Translations under genes and position numbers: made by a program | Notes under the pieces: generated by a model | Databases searched by the model: none | Seen by the model: the letters and a program-made list of their open reading frames with translations, nothing else | What the model was told of the DNA's origin: nothing | DNA from: a bacterium | GTDB lineage: Archaea; Thermoplasmatota; E2; JACPAO01; JAHFTW01 | DNA length: 64,000 nucleotides | Assembly (NCBI GenBank): GCA_040390065.1 | Contig: JAZJZE010000011.1 | Span: 128,001 to 192,000, forward strand | Reading direction: 5' to 3' | Part shown: positions 27,701 through 37,872 of the stretch, piece by piece | Numbering within the stretch: position 1 is the first letter of the stretch | Layout: each line of letters opens with the position of its first letter

Positions 27701-30700
27701 GCCAGGCGTGCAACTCGACCCCGGCATCACGTCGGGTTCGCCGCCGACCGTCGCCGCCGACTTGCCCTACCCGCTTGCGTACATCCCCCTCAACGTCAGC
27801 ATCCCCGTCGCCATCGCCGTGCACTGGCGCTACCGTGACAACCAGGAGACCGACCACTTCCTGCCCGTCCCCGAAGTCGACATCCCGGAGTTCGTCTACC
27901 TCCTCACGGGCGGCATCATCCCGCACCCGCTCATCGCGCGCACGGACGATGCGCTTCGGCTGGCGCGCGACAACGGCGACGGCACGCTGCAGTACGCCGA
28001 CGAGCACATCGGGCCCATCCTCGACGGCGTGCAGGACAAGGTGAAAGCTCCACCCACGGGAATCGCGACGGTCGACCAACTGCTGGGACAGCCCATCTCG
28101 AAGGCTCTTCCGACCAGCCTCGCGCCGGACCCGAGCGCCTGCCAGTGGGGCTACGGCAACCAGCAGAACCCCGCGCTCACGGCAAAACTCGACGGGCCGA
28201 TGGCGGACCCGATGCACACGCTCATGGACGCCAAGGACGCCGTCGCCGAGGCGCAGGCCCACGCCGGCGGCGACCCCGCGTGGTTCCCCGACACGCTCGT
28301 GATGCGGGCGCGGCCCAGTCTCGACAGCCTCCTCGGCCTCGGGTCGCAGTTGCCGGTCTGCATGGCGACGTACCCGTTCAACATCCCGCAGCCGAACACT
28401 TACCCGACGTTCATCACGGACGAGTTCGACCTGCACCTCGAAGCCAGCATCCTCGTCGTCTGCGTCGAGACCGTCGCGGACGTCGAGTGCTTCGTCATCG
28501 TCCCAGGCCCCGACGGCATCGGCAACCAGATGATCTCCGTCCGGCCGGACATGCTGGTGTCGACCGCCGCCGACGCCGCGGCGGGTGCAGTCAATGGCGG
28601 ACCCGACCGGCTGGAGAAGGACATCATCGGAGCCATTGGTTCGGTGCAGGTCCCACAGTTCGACCCCGCCAACCCGATGGCCAACCTGCCAACGTCGGTG
28701 GTCGGCCTCCCGTCCGCGGTGGACCTCACAAGCGACGGCCGCGTCTCGGTCAAATTCGAGGTCAACGCGGGCGAAGGCGACCACGGCTACCTGCACTACA
28801 TCGCCATTCCTCTGCCCGTGCTGGCATCCGGCTACCTCGACCCGCTCGTCGCCGCGCTGCAGGCACAAGGCATCGACCCGCTGGCGCTCCTGAACAGCAC
28901 GCCCCCGGGCCCCGACGGGACGCCGCTTGCCGGAACGAACCCGGGCGCAATGTTGCGCAACTCGGTCGAGGACCTGATGCGCGTGCAGCCGTACGTCGAG
29001 ATCAGCCGCGCCGACATGTTCCTGAACGCTTGGTGGTGGACGGACTCGTTCTTCGACGCCCGCATCTTCCCGACGGTCCTGCTGCCGCGCTCGGCACCCA
29101 CGGACTGCCTGCGCGACTGGAGTGACACGATCGACGCCAATTTCGCCGACGTGCCGCACTGGCCCGCCGACCCAAGCGACCCGACCTGCCGGCGCGACGC
29201 GGCGGGCAACGTGATCGTGGTCTCCGGCTCCGCGGATACGCCCAACGGCCGCCCCGGCGACTTCCAGAACGGCGACATGAACCTCGGCGAGGACTTCTGG
29301 TGGCTCACCCACCCGAACGTCAACCTGCAACTCTTCGAGCGCGGCCGCAGCCTGTGGGACCCGTACACGTTGCAGCCCGACCCGGCCAAGATGGCGGCCG
29401 CGCACTATCCGTGGGCGCAAGCCGAGTTCTTCGAGAACGTCCTCGAGTTCTGGGACGACGAGAACGTGCGCGACGTGACGCCCAACGAGATGCACATCCA
29501 CAGCCCCGATCTGCACACCCACCACGCCGTCGAGTACACGAAGCACTGCACGAACGAATTGCGGCACGACACCCTCACCGGCCGGCTCCTCAACGACCCG
29601 GCGACGGGCCAGTACTGCTTCAAGGGACTCTTGGCGTACAACGAGGGCGACCACTGGCTCGAGAACACGAACACGGCGTCCGGCTCCGGCGTCTACGACC
29701 CGGACCTGGGCCTCGACCACCCGAACGCCATCACGTTCAACCTCATCGACACAATCGGTGGCGGCGTCTCCGACATCAACCAGCTCGTGTGGGCCACCAC
29801 GGTGCCGCCTCTCTTCGGCACCGAGTCGGTCGGTTCGGTGGTCGGCGGCGCAATCGGCATCGACCCGTCGGAACTGAAGTGGTGGAGCCGCGGCGAAGTC
29901 CCGACGGCCAACCGCCGCGTCTACTCGGACATGTACACGAACTCCTCGTTCATGCTGTCGGAGCACGACAAGTACTGCGAGGAGATCGCCGACTTCGAGA
30001 CGGACAACGCCTTCCTCGACTTGTTCCCGCGCTGGAAGATGACATGTCCCTGGCAGGCCTCCGACATCGCCAAGGCCGCCTTCGAGGCCGAATGGCTGGC
30101 CACCGGTGGCGCACCCCGCTTTGCCTATGGCTTCGTGCCAGACGACGCCGGGGCGCCGCGTGATGCAGCCGGGAAGCTCGTCGGTCACTGGGACTGGTTG
30201 GCGCGGACGCCGGAACTGGGCACCAAGGACCCGCACACCCAGGACAAGTACGCGCGCATGGCATCGGCCAACGCGTACCAGGACATCCTGAATCCCGTCT
30301 TCCTGAACGGCACGTACGAGCGCCGCGACGGCGTCTACTCGGATTGCATGGGCAACATGGACATGAGCGGCGAGATGCCCGGCATGGACATGGGCGGCAT
30401 GGACGGCATGAACGCAGATGGCTGGCCGTGCAACGCCATGAACCCCATGGATCAGGCGACCATGGACCTCGCCGAACTCGACGTCGACACCGGCAAGCCG
30501 TTTGCCGACCCAATCGACCCGACGCACCCGACGGTCACGAACCCGTTCCGCTTCGCCCTCAAGTTCTACGGCCTCGACATGATGAGCCAGGACGAGAACT
30601 TCGCCACCGTCCCGCTGCCGTCGAACCCGGACCACTGGTTCGGCACCGACCCGGACGCAACGGAATGGAACGGCTTCTTCCGCAACCTGCGGCTGCGCCA

Positions 30701-33700
30701 GATCGACTGGGACCCCAGCAAGTTCGACAACCAGCAGACCGACATGACGGCGCTGCAGGACGAGATGACGGACATGGCGCCGCTGCTTCGCGCCTGGCTC
30801 GACGGCGACGTCGTGATGGTCCGCGCGTGGTACGCCAATGCGCCCGCCTGGTTCACCGAACCGTTGCCGTCCTCGGGCCCAGCGGCGCTGGCGTCCGCCA
30901 CGCAAGGCATGAATCCGTTCTGGGCCGACGTGCATGGCCAAGACGTGCCGTACGGCGAACTCACGAAGATGCGCATGTCGTCGGACCCCGAGATGCCGAT
31001 GTGCGACGGCATCTTCTTCCTCGGCGGCTGCCGCATGCAGCACGACAACCTCGACACCGGCGACCTATCGCTCTACGGCAAGGGCCACCTCTTCGGCCGC
31101 ACGGACAAGCCCAAGATGACGTACATCCCGCAGGGCTCGACGTTCTCGCGCTGGAACCGCGTCCACCTAGAATCCGTGAACGAGACATTCACGCCGGCAG
31201 CGGTGCATGCGCACGGCAATCCCGCCATGTCGGTCCCGTGTGGTTCGCAGGATGGCCGCATCTTCTGGATCCTCGCGCCGTCGACCGTCGACCTCACGGC
31301 GGATGGCTGGAAGACCGGACCGGCCCCGCCCGACGACGGCGCGGCCCCGTCCGGCTATGCATGGTACTCGCAGCCCGGCATCCACTGCGTGCCGCTGCCC
31401 TGGGAAAGCTGGGGCTACTGGGCTGAGTGGACCTCGCCGCAGCCAACAGGCGGTTCGCCGGACGACCTCGCGGTCGCGGACAAAGTCGCGACGTACTACG
31501 AACGGGCCGGCGCGGCCCGCATGGATCCCAACGACCCGCTCGGCATGGCGCGGCAAGTGCAGACGACATACGACTTCCCCGACCCCGCTGCGCCCCACGA
31601 TGGGACCGAGACGGGCTGCTGGTTCGACCCCACGTCGACGCACTCCTCCATCCCGCACGTCGAGATGGACACCTTTGACGTGCGCTTCCTGCAACGCTAC
31701 GAGCCGTACAACGCCGGCCACTACCACCACGTCGAGCCCGGCCACGAGAACGAGCCGGTCCCGGCGACGCCGTTTGGCGCATACTGCCCGGTGGGCACCG
31801 ACCAGACGAAGGCCCGTTTCGAACGCGAATCCATCCCGCTCCGCCTGCCCGTCACGATGAATGGCGGCGACCCCGGCCGGACCCTGGCTGCGCCAGTCAC
31901 GCAATTCCAGCCCGAGAAGGGCACTCCCGCTGACGTCGTCGGCCTCGGCATCGGGTCGCACCTCTTGCCCAAGCTCGTTCGCGCCGTGCTTGCGGACGCC
32001 GTGGACGAAGTCGACAGCCGCCTGCCACACCTGGACCTGCACGTCGACCAGACGCTGCGCGACGCCGAGAAGCAAGTGCACGCCACCGTGCCAAGCGAAG
32101 TCGAACAGATCCTCGAGAACGTCACGGCCCTGCTCGCTCCCGGCCAAGCCGCCGTGGCCACTGGAGGTTCACCCGTCCGGCCGCTCCTGCGTCTCGACGT
32201 GAAGTCCGACGCCACCGTCTCCGAACTGCTCGTCGAGCACATCTACGCCTTCCCGCCGGGCACCGAAGGCATCTTCGTCTCGTCGCAGGACGAGGGCCAG
32301 ACGTGGCAGCCCATGGCATCGCGGGGCGCCCCCGGCTTCGTGGGCTCGACCGACGGCAAGGCGCACATCGCGTACCTCGACCTTGCGCCGTTTGCAGGCC
32401 AATCCCTCATCGTCGGCAGCGAGATTGTGGGCGCAGCCTGGGCCAACGCGCAGTGGAACGTGCTCGATACCGTGCCCCTTGCCGCAGGCCTCGGCCCGCT
32501 GCCCATCGGCATGCCGTACAGCGGCGCCGCCGGATACGCCCTCGAGTACACGGGGCCCGCCGATGACGCCGCCCTCGCGGCTCTGTCTGGTACCGGCGGC
32601 GCCGTCCTCCTCAAGGCCCCCCTGGACGTGCCCGCAGGCACGACGCTTGCCCTCGACCGCGTCGACCTCGTCGGCGGCGACTGCGCAGACGCCCCGTGCG
32701 GCATCACCGTCGAGGGCGTCCTCGACTTCGCGCATGGCACCATCGCCCCGCAGTCCGCGGGACCCGGCATGCCCGTGCAGATCTTCGGCGAACTGCGCCT
32801 TGCCGACTGCCGCGTCGGCGGCGTCGCTGCCGGCCTGCAGATCCTCGGCGGGACGATCCGCATCGACGACTGCTGGCTCGTCGGCACCGGCGCCGCGGCC
32901 ATCATGGCCATCGGCGGCCAAGTCGAGGTCACCCGCTCCGTCATCTCCGGCCAGAGCGTGGGCGTGTACGCCACCGCCGCGCAGGTGCGCTTGGAAGGCA
33001 ACTTGTTCGCACGTCTCGGCCGCACGGCCGCCATCCTCGACGAGTCGTGGGGCGTCGTGCGCGGCAACGTCGTCGTGCACACCAAGCAGGCCGCGTTCCT
33101 CTGGCGCAGTCCGCTCGGCGGCTCCGACCTCGCGTTCCTCGGCAATGCCCTGGAAGACACTGGCACTGGCATCGGCGCCACCTTCGCGCTCGAGGACCGC
33201 ATCGGCACGCTCGACCCGCGCCGCATGGATGTCCCGGTCGCATCGCGCACGCGCCTGCAGGGCAACGAATTCCAATGGAACACGCTGGAAGCCCTGGGGG
33301 CCGGCCCGTTGTCGGCGCCCGTCGCGTACGGCAATGCCGCCACGCACAGCGACATCGGTGTCCTCGTCGGCTGGCTCGACCAGGCCGTGCTGCACAACGA
33401 CACCATCTACACGAACGAGAACGGCTGGCAGGACGCGCAGTCGCGCACGGCGCCGCGCCAGGACGGCAACCTGTGGACCGGCCTGTGGCACATGCAGGGC
33501 CCCGACCTCAAGGTGGATGCCAGCCGCAACTACTGGGGCCCCGGCTCCGTGGAAGGCGGCATGCAGTGGCCCAGCGACCTCGTCGTGCACAACGGCCAAG
33601 TGGATGCCTCGCAGAGCCTGTCCAACCCAGCCCACGTGCCCATTGCCGTCGCGCTGACGGCGCCGGGCTATGGCGGAGGCGTCACGGCAAGCATCGCGGC

Positions 33701-36665
33701 GCCCTCCCCGGTCATCTTCGGTTCCGGCCAGAACGTCACGGCGACGGCGTCGCGCTCCGTGCCAGTCATGGTCGACGTCGGCTCGGGAGTCACCGAGGTC
33801 ACGCTGCGCGGGTCGTTCTATGCGTCGGGCCTGCCTTCCATCTCAGGCCAGGCGACCCTTGACGCGTTGCTTGGCGACGTCGGCTTCTCGCTGCCCGCCG
33901 ATCCGTCCCCGGCCACCCTGGTCCGGACCGGGACGCAGACCGTGCAGGTGTCCGGATCGCACGCGGCCTTCGCCTTCGCCTTCGACGACGCGCGCGAGGA
34001 GTATGCGGACTGGCAGGTCGTCTCGTTCACGGCTGCCGGCGCCATCCACGCCGCGCCATACCCCGAATGGGCGACGAAGTCCGTGCGCGTGCACAACTCT
34101 GTGACGTGGCCGTTCCTGTCGGACATCTCGCTCCTGGTCCAGGACCTGACCTACGACACCCTCAACGAGACACTCGCCGTCACGCACACGACAGCCGCAG
34201 CCCAGATGGTCCCCACGGGCGCCCCACTGGCATCCGCGGGGCTCCCCATCCGTGCCATGGCGGACACGACGGTTCCGCTGGCAGGGACGCCGGGCCTCGT
34301 CGCCCTCGCCCGCGACCAGGACCCCGTGCGCCTGTACGAGTTCCGCTACACGATGTCCAACGATGCGGCGGGCACACAGCACAGCCTGGGCGCCGGCTAC
34401 GGCATGGACCGGGTCCTCTCATTGCCGCCCATCCCGGAAGGTGCAACGCTGCAGCTCGAGGGACGTGCCACCGATGCGTCCGGCCTGACAAGCCCATGGA
34501 CGGGCATCGCGGTCCTCACCGACCGCACGGCGCCTGCGGTCGAGATTCCCGGGCCCTGCATCAGCAACGACGCGACGGTGCACTACTGGGCTGCAGACCA
34601 CGCGCCCGAGGGCTCCGGGCTGCGGGCCTCCGGCCTTGGGCAGATCCGCCTGCGCGCCGAGCGCATCGATGACGCCTCCTGGAGCCGCAGCTTCAAGGCC
34701 GATCTTTCCGGCGACGCCGCCAACGGCACGTGGAAGATCCCCGATGCCAAGGGCGGCCTGTACAAGATTACGGCAGCCGCCTCCGACTTGGCTGGCCAGG
34801 CCGGCACGTTCGAGGGCGTCTTCATCGTCGATGCCGGCGCGCCCATCATCACCGTCGCTAACGGGCTTGCGACACTCGAATCGATTGCTCCGACCGGGGG
34901 CTACCTTGGCGCAGCGGCGGCCGAACTCCTCGGCCCGGCGCCCGGCAAGGACCTGCCGCTGGCCGGCACCATCGACGACCAATTCGGGTGCGGCATTGCG
35001 CACGTCAACGTCGACGTCCAAGTGGGTGATGGAGAGTGGCAGACCAAATGGTCCGCCGACTACGCCGACCCGCAGCCGACGGTGACGCTGCCTGCCGACC
35101 TTGCCCTCCGCCTCGACGACCTCGAAGGCCAGCGCTTCGCCGTGCGCATCCAGGTGGACGACGCGGGCAACAACCACGTGGAGTGGGCCACCAACGGCAC
35201 CATCCTGCCCGACTACGGGTTCCCCGTCGTGACGCTCGCGCCGGCGCCCCCGATCTGCTCCGGCGGCGCGGCCATCGCATTCGAATGGGGCGCAAGCGAA
35301 GCGGTCCTCGGCGACCTCGAGGTCAGCCAACTCCAGGACGCGACACTCCGCATCCTAAGTAGCGGCGCCGTCCTCGACACCATCGTCGCCGGATTCCTGC
35401 CAGGTGCCGCGGCGTGGAATGGCACCTTCACGTTCACGGCGCCGGGCGCCGGCGTGTACACCTTCGTCGTGACGGCGCACGACCGTGCCGGCAACGAGGC
35501 GACCCTCCTGGCTGGCCCGACCATCGTGGACACGATGCCGCCCGACCTGTCCGCGGGCGGCTGGTTCGGCCAGTCCCTCACGACCACCATCCTGTCTGCC
35601 AACGACGTGGCGCAGAACGCTGGCGGCGTCGACCTGATCGGCACGGCGCAGGAGGTCGGCGACTTCTCGTGCGGCTTGGCCAACACCGCAATCGAGGTCA
35701 GCGAGGACCACGGCGCGACGTGGCAGCCCATCGCGGCGAACACGCAGGCGGAGAGCCCGGCCACCGTCGCGGCGACGCTATCCTTGAGCGCCTACGACGG
35801 GCAACGCATCCAGGTACGACTCGCCGGCGAGGACTTGGCTGGAAACGCCGCGACGTGGCCCGCTGCGCCGCATGACATCCTCATCGACACGACGCCTCCG
35901 GCCTTCGTCGGGGCGCCTTCCCTGCCCTCCGCCACTCCCTCGAGCTTCACGGCGGGATGGTCGGCGACGGACCCGCCGGGCGCCGGCGGCGAGGCTTCGG
36001 GGTTGGCCTGGCAGATGTGGGAACTCATCCCGGGGACGGACGCGACGCAGTCGGCGCAATCCTACGGCATGGGCGGCTCCGCCTTCATCGCGCTCGATGG
36101 CCTGCCGTTTGGCACCTACACCTTGCGCTTGACCCTGGGTGACCACGCGGGCAACACGTTCACGTGGCATGCGGCCTTCGCGTACTCGCCGTTTGCCCCG
36201 CCGCCTGCGCCGGACACGGGCGGCGGCGCGCCGACCGGCGGGTCAGGACCTGGCGGGTCTGGCGGTTCGGGCGGCGCTCCGGGAGGCGACGCACCAGGCG
36301 GCGGCACGTCAGGCGATGCGGTCGACGCCGGCGCCACTGCGACGGAGCACGTCGCGGCGACGAGCAACGCCGCCACGGCCGCAGCCAACGCCACAGGCGC
36401 AGGGCCGAGCGTCCAGGAGAACGTCACCATCGCGCCGAGCGGCAACGTCACGGTGACGGTCGACGGGACGGCCACGGCTCCGGACGCGGCGCCGCTTGCC
36501 GAAGCGCCGCCCACGGCCACCGTCGGGACCTTGGCCAGCCTTATCGAGAGCCTGTTCGGCGGTGGTGGCCAGCCCGCCCCATCGGCGGGGCAGGTCGTGC
36601 AAAGTCTGTCGGACGCCGCCGCATCGGCGTGGGCCTGGCTTGTCGCGGCCTCGCATGGCGGGTAG
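24768..36665 (+). CDS. Giant secreted protein (~3965 aa): degenerate subtilase-like domain, Met/His-rich region, right-handed beta-helix, Ig-like repeats
   Basis: Single 11.9-kb ORF; signal peptide MVDRRTSAPVLVTLFLAALMASTSLA; S8-like motifs at 25710-26873; beta-helix ending VDASRNYWG; repeated D.AGN / D.T.P Ig-like motifs. Confidence 0.9.
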   Translation: MVDRRTSAPVLVTLFLAALMASTSLAAPVSAGPLDNANQAVDQTQQAVDDVVGQNPADGTIDGAQGTVSGIADDVGGTLGGLIDPVVQGLPPRPDPQLFPPVPPPDCPPVAGMDMCDMPQPPSQQPPTDPGTSDQMPGQGDGTDPYGKHTVSDTDDDAHHRARFTLDRNWALTGASLSALSRSGPEDTLVYVQWAYDDSVIGNGPIPGVDIRDVATRAARGFDAIRFRPLEPGLHHVTLTGTWVEGGQTFRDRVTTPLYVEDPAIAQVHAENATAAWSPDAKSLVDAALSGDPDAVAAAATDAVAAIARPLGPKPTILLLSDFLGKDADTLGLIVGPDPKDVTAALAALPQVDGLDPSAGFGDIAYDGDATGLGAPVDRVGLTLTHTLVDQGLANVVFVSAIDARTGALDRRTVQNGLLFAQYSGIIDAVVWGLPSSAYEPAVVLDSMRPDFNFAQTPMAPLPATSPLPAASPDWHTEQYAAQGDDGVNSIMDSLNDQAALLGLTPQPGQSTVADLLYANMDRVYARYRILVETVRNDLKFDAFLQQRVLDLGVQGVPFVVPSEECPGMEADSMTLVGVTQVVGAVTVAAGTAKDGPDAVSCKGPDRRAAAHGNGIDFVTDPRPARVVPGLAAATATDGLVYVPNSLGAALQTGLALGGMHKALVTVTTPYAARDLAGMLATGAKQKPGVSTWWQGDGFVDALSPPTAEPALFARGTGLVFSPFDLQNGRTRAVAEIVITGRENVAAAMAAPSELWTATGRTEFRFLVDEMGNKVTQDLATTDYGHLGVTVESVSVNQIDATHAEARLVLSGSPSFLQGGGGGGGGGGNGVPDAREYLMPGLYSGRTWISTPTGIIQLPINIGVGTILDVHRFLAPNTAVPETAVCLEPPFKMIGDLTGLRHTAHELEELNICIYFTNTDEHGVARFYTPLPLPYTLTSWFDGIFRERGDGIGAVYPHVKRTIMVPSPLNVSAVTNGPPGVQLDPGITSGSPPTVAADLPYPLAYIPLNVSIPVAIAVHWRYRDNQETDHFLPVPEVDIPEFVYLLTGGIIPHPLIARTDDALRLARDNGDGTLQYADEHIGPILDGVQDKVKAPPTGIATVDQLLGQPISKALPTSLAPDPSACQWGYGNQQNPALTAKLDGPMADPMHTLMDAKDAVAEAQAHAGGDPAWFPDTLVMRARPSLDSLLGLGSQLPVCMATYPFNIPQPNTYPTFITDEFDLHLEASILVVCVETVADVECFVIVPGPDGIGNQMISVRPDMLVSTAADAAAGAVNGGPDRLEKDIIGAIGSVQVPQFDPANPMANLPTSVVGLPSAVDLTSDGRVSVKFEVNAGEGDHGYLHYIAIPLPVLASGYLDPLVAALQAQGIDPLALLNSTPPGPDGTPLAGTNPGAMLRNSVEDLMRVQPYVEISRADMFLNAWWWTDSFFDARIFPTVLLPRSAPTDCLRDWSDTIDANFADVPHWPADPSDPTCRRDAAGNVIVVSGSADTPNGRPGDFQNGDMNLGEDFWWLTHPNVNLQLFERGRSLWDPYTLQPDPAKMAAAHYPWAQAEFFENVLEFWDDENVRDVTPNEMHIHSPDLHTHHAVEYTKHCTNELRHDTLTGRLLNDPATGQYCFKGLLAYNEGDHWLENTNTASGSGVYDPDLGLDHPNAITFNLIDTIGGGVSDINQLVWATTVPPLFGTESVGSVVGGAIGIDPSELKWWSRGEVPTANRRVYSDMYTNSSFMLSEHDKYCEEIADFETDNAFLDLFPRWKMTCPWQASDIAKAAFEAEWLATGGAPRFAYGFVPDDAGAPRDAAGKLVGHWDWLARTPELGTKDPHTQDKYARMASANAYQDILNPVFLNGTYERRDGVYSDCMGNMDMSGEMPGMDMGGMDGMNADGWPCNAMNPMDQATMDLAELDVDTGKPFADPIDPTHPTVTNPFRFALKFYGLDMMSQDENFATVPLPSNPDHWFGTDPDATEWNGFFRNLRLRQIDWDPSKFDNQQTDMTALQDEMTDMAPLLRAWLDGDVVMVRAWYANAPAWFTEPLPSSGPAALASATQGMNPFWADVHGQDVPYGELTKMRMSSDPEMPMCDGIFFLGGCRMQHDNLDTGDLSLYGKGHLFGRTDKPKMTYIPQGSTFSRWNRVHLESVNETFTPAAVHAHGNPAMSVPCGSQDGRIFWILAPSTVDLTADGWKTGPAPPDDGAAPSGYAWYSQPGIHCVPLPWESWGYWAEWTSPQPTGGSPDDLAVADKVATYYERAGAARMDPNDPLGMARQVQTTYDFPDPAAPHDGTETGCWFDPTSTHSSIPHVEMDTFDVRFLQRYEPYNAGHYHHVEPGHENEPVPATPFGAYCPVGTDQTKARFERESIPLRLPVTMNGGDPGRTLAAPVTQFQPEKGTPADVVGLGIGSHLLPKLVRAVLADAVDEVDSRLPHLDLHVDQTLRDAEKQVHATVPSEVEQILENVTALLAPGQAAVATGGSPVRPLLRLDVKSDATVSELLVEHIYAFPPGTEGIFVSSQDEGQTWQPMASRGAPGFVGSTDGKAHIAYLDLAPFAGQSLIVGSEIVGAAWANAQWNVLDTVPLAAGLGPLPIGMPYSGAAGYALEYTGPADDAALAALSGTGGAVLLKAPLDVPAGTTLALDRVDLVGGDCADAPCGITVEGVLDFAHGTIAPQSAGPGMPVQIFGELRLADCRVGGVAAGLQILGGTIRIDDCWLVGTGAAAIMAIGGQVEVTRSVISGQSVGVYATAAQVRLEGNLFARLGRTAAILDESWGVVRGNVVVHTKQAAFLWRSPLGGSDLAFLGNALEDTGTGIGATFALEDRIGTLDPRRMDVPVASRTRLQGNEFQWNTLEALGAGPLSAPVAYGNAATHSDIGVLVGWLDQAVLHNDTIYTNENGWQDAQSRTAPRQDGNLWTGLWHMQGPDLKVDASRNYWGPGSVEGGMQWPSDLVVHNGQVDASQSLSNPAHVPIAVALTAPGYGGGVTASIAAPSPVIFGSGQNVTATASRSVPVMVDVGSGVTEVTLRGSFYASGLPSISGQATLDALLGDVGFSLPADPSPATLVRTGTQTVQVSGSHAAFAFAFDDAREEYADWQVVSFTAAGAIHAAPYPEWATKSVRVHNSVTWPFLSDISLLVQDLTYDTLNETLAVTHTTAAAQMVPTGAPLASAGLPIRAMADTTVPLAGTPGLVALARDQDPVRLYEFRYTMSNDAAGTQHSLGAGYGMDRVLSLPPIPEGATLQLEGRATDASGLTSPWTGIAVLTDRTAPAVEIPGPCISNDATVHYWAADHAPEGSGLRASGLGQIRLRAERIDDASWSRSFKADLSGDAANGTWKIPDAKGGLYKITAAASDLAGQAGTFEGVFIVDAGAPIITVANGLATLESIAPTGGYLGAAAAELLGPAPGKDLPLAGTIDDQFGCGIAHVNVDVQVGDGEWQTKWSADYADPQPTVTLPADLALRLDDLEGQRFAVRIQVDDAGNNHVEWATNGTILPDYGFPVVTLAPAPPICSGGAAIAFEWGASEAVLGDLEVSQLQDATLRILSSGAVLDTIVAGFLPGAAAWNGTFTFTAPGAGVYTFVVTAHDRAGNEATLLAGPTIVDTMPPDLSAGGWFGQSLTTTILSANDVAQNAGGVDLIGTAQEVGDFSCGLANTAIEVSEDHGATWQPIAANTQAESPATVAATLSLSAYDGQRIQVRLAGEDLAGNAATWPAAPHDILIDTTPPAFVGAPSLPSATPSSFTAGWSATDPPGAGGEASGLAWQMWELIPGTDATQSAQSYGMGGSAFIALDGLPFGTYTLRLTLGDHAGNTFTWHAAFAYSPFAPPPAPDTGGGAPTGGSGPGGSGGSGGAPGGDAPGGGTSGDAVDAGATATEHVAATSNAATAAANATGAGPSVQENVTIAPSGNVTVTVDGTATAPDAAPLAEAPPTATVGTLASLIESLFGGGGQPAPSAGQVVQSLSDAAASAWAWLVAASHGG

Positions 36666-36747
36666 GCGTTGCCCTCGGTTGCCCATCCAAGAGCCCACCG
36701 TTGCGGCCGAACGCCCTAAATAGCGGCAGATGCACCTTCCACTTGCA

Positions 36748-37869
36748 GTGAAGACCCTCATCCTGTGCGTCGACCGCGACGACGACTTGGGGACGAAGGC
36801 GGGAGCCGTCACACCCCTCGTCGGACGCCGCCGCAACCTGGAGGCCGCCGTGGCCTTGGGCTTGGCCGATCCTGAGGATTCCGACACGAACGCCCTGTTT
36901 GCTGCCATCCATCTCTACGACAAGGAATTGGCGGCGACGCAAGGCGGCGGCAACCCGGTCGAGGTCGCCTGCGTGGCCGGCCATCGCAGCCTTGGCCTGC
37001 AAGCCGACCGCAAGATCTCGGCGGAACTCGAGGAAGTCCTTGCGGCCGTGCGGCCCGACCAGGTCATCCTCGTGTCCGACGGCGCCGAGGACGAGCAGAT
37101 CCTGCCCCTCCTGCACAGCCGGGCCAAGGTCGTGCACGTGCACCGCAGCGTCGTCAAGCAGGCACCCCGCCTCGAGGGGTTCTACTACGTCATCACGCGG
37201 CTCTTGGACGACGAGAAGCAGGCCAAGCGTTTCGTCCTGCCCTTCGCCATCGTCCTTCTGATCTGGGGCATCGCCTACATCCTCGGCATCCAGGCGTACG
37301 CATGGGGCGCAACCCTCGCCATCCTCGGCTCGTGGCTCATCGTGCACGCCATGAAGTGGGAGACCAAGTTCGGCCGCTTCTTCCACGATCTTGCCGAGGC
37401 GGCAAAGGGCGGATGGCTGAGCCTGTTTGCCAACCTGTTCATGGTGTTCATCTTCGTCCTCGGCCTGCGCCAAGGCTACGTCGCCTCGGAGGAGCACCGC
37501 GCCCCCCTCGGATCCGTCGTGCACCACCCTATCCTCCTGAAGGGCGCCGTGTTCATGCAGGAGTTCTGGTGGTACCTCGTAAGCGGCGTGCTCGTCCAGA
37601 CCGCCGGCGGACTCATGAACGCCATCCTGCGCACCGGTCGCGTAGGCATGGGCCGCGGCCTCGCCGCGTTCACCCTGATCGCAATGGGCTTCCTTGGGTC
37701 CGTGGCCTCGGACGTCGCCGTCGGCACCTTGCAGGGGTCGTCCATCATCAAGATCATGGATCCGACGAGGTACATGGAACTCGTCACGGGGCTGCTTCTT
37801 GCCGCCGGCCTCATCATGGTGCACCGCTACGTGCGCAGCTTCCAACGGTCGCCGCAGCCCGCGCGGTGA
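36748..37869 (+). CDS. DUF373 family archaeal membrane protein
   Basis: LILCVDRDDDLG.K, DPEDSD.N, VSDGAEDE, VVKQ...LE..YY. Confidence 0.9.
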   Translation: MKTLILCVDRDDDLGTKAGAVTPLVGRRRNLEAAVALGLADPEDSDTNALFAAIHLYDKELAATQGGGNPVEVACVAGHRSLGLQADRKISAELEEVLAAVRPDQVILVSDGAEDEQILPLLHSRAKVVHVHRSVVKQAPRLEGFYYVITRLLDDEKQAKRFVLPFAIVLLIWGIAYILGIQAYAWGATLAILGSWLIVHAMKWETKFGRFFHDLAEAAKGGWLSLFANLFMVFIFVLGLRQGYVASEEHRAPLGSVVHHPILLKGAVFMQEFWWYLVSGVLVQTAGGLMNAILRTGRVGMGRGLAAFTLIAMGFLGSVASDVAVGTLQGSSIIKIMDPTRYMELVTGLLLAAGLIMVHRYVRSFQRSPQPAR

Positions 37870-37872
37870 GGC

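Noticed and set aside
27198-31043. 1281-aa minus-strand ORF and other long antisense ORFs inside the giant gene
   Set aside because: Antisense shadow of a high-GC coding frame; the translation is V/R/E/G-rich with no motifs.
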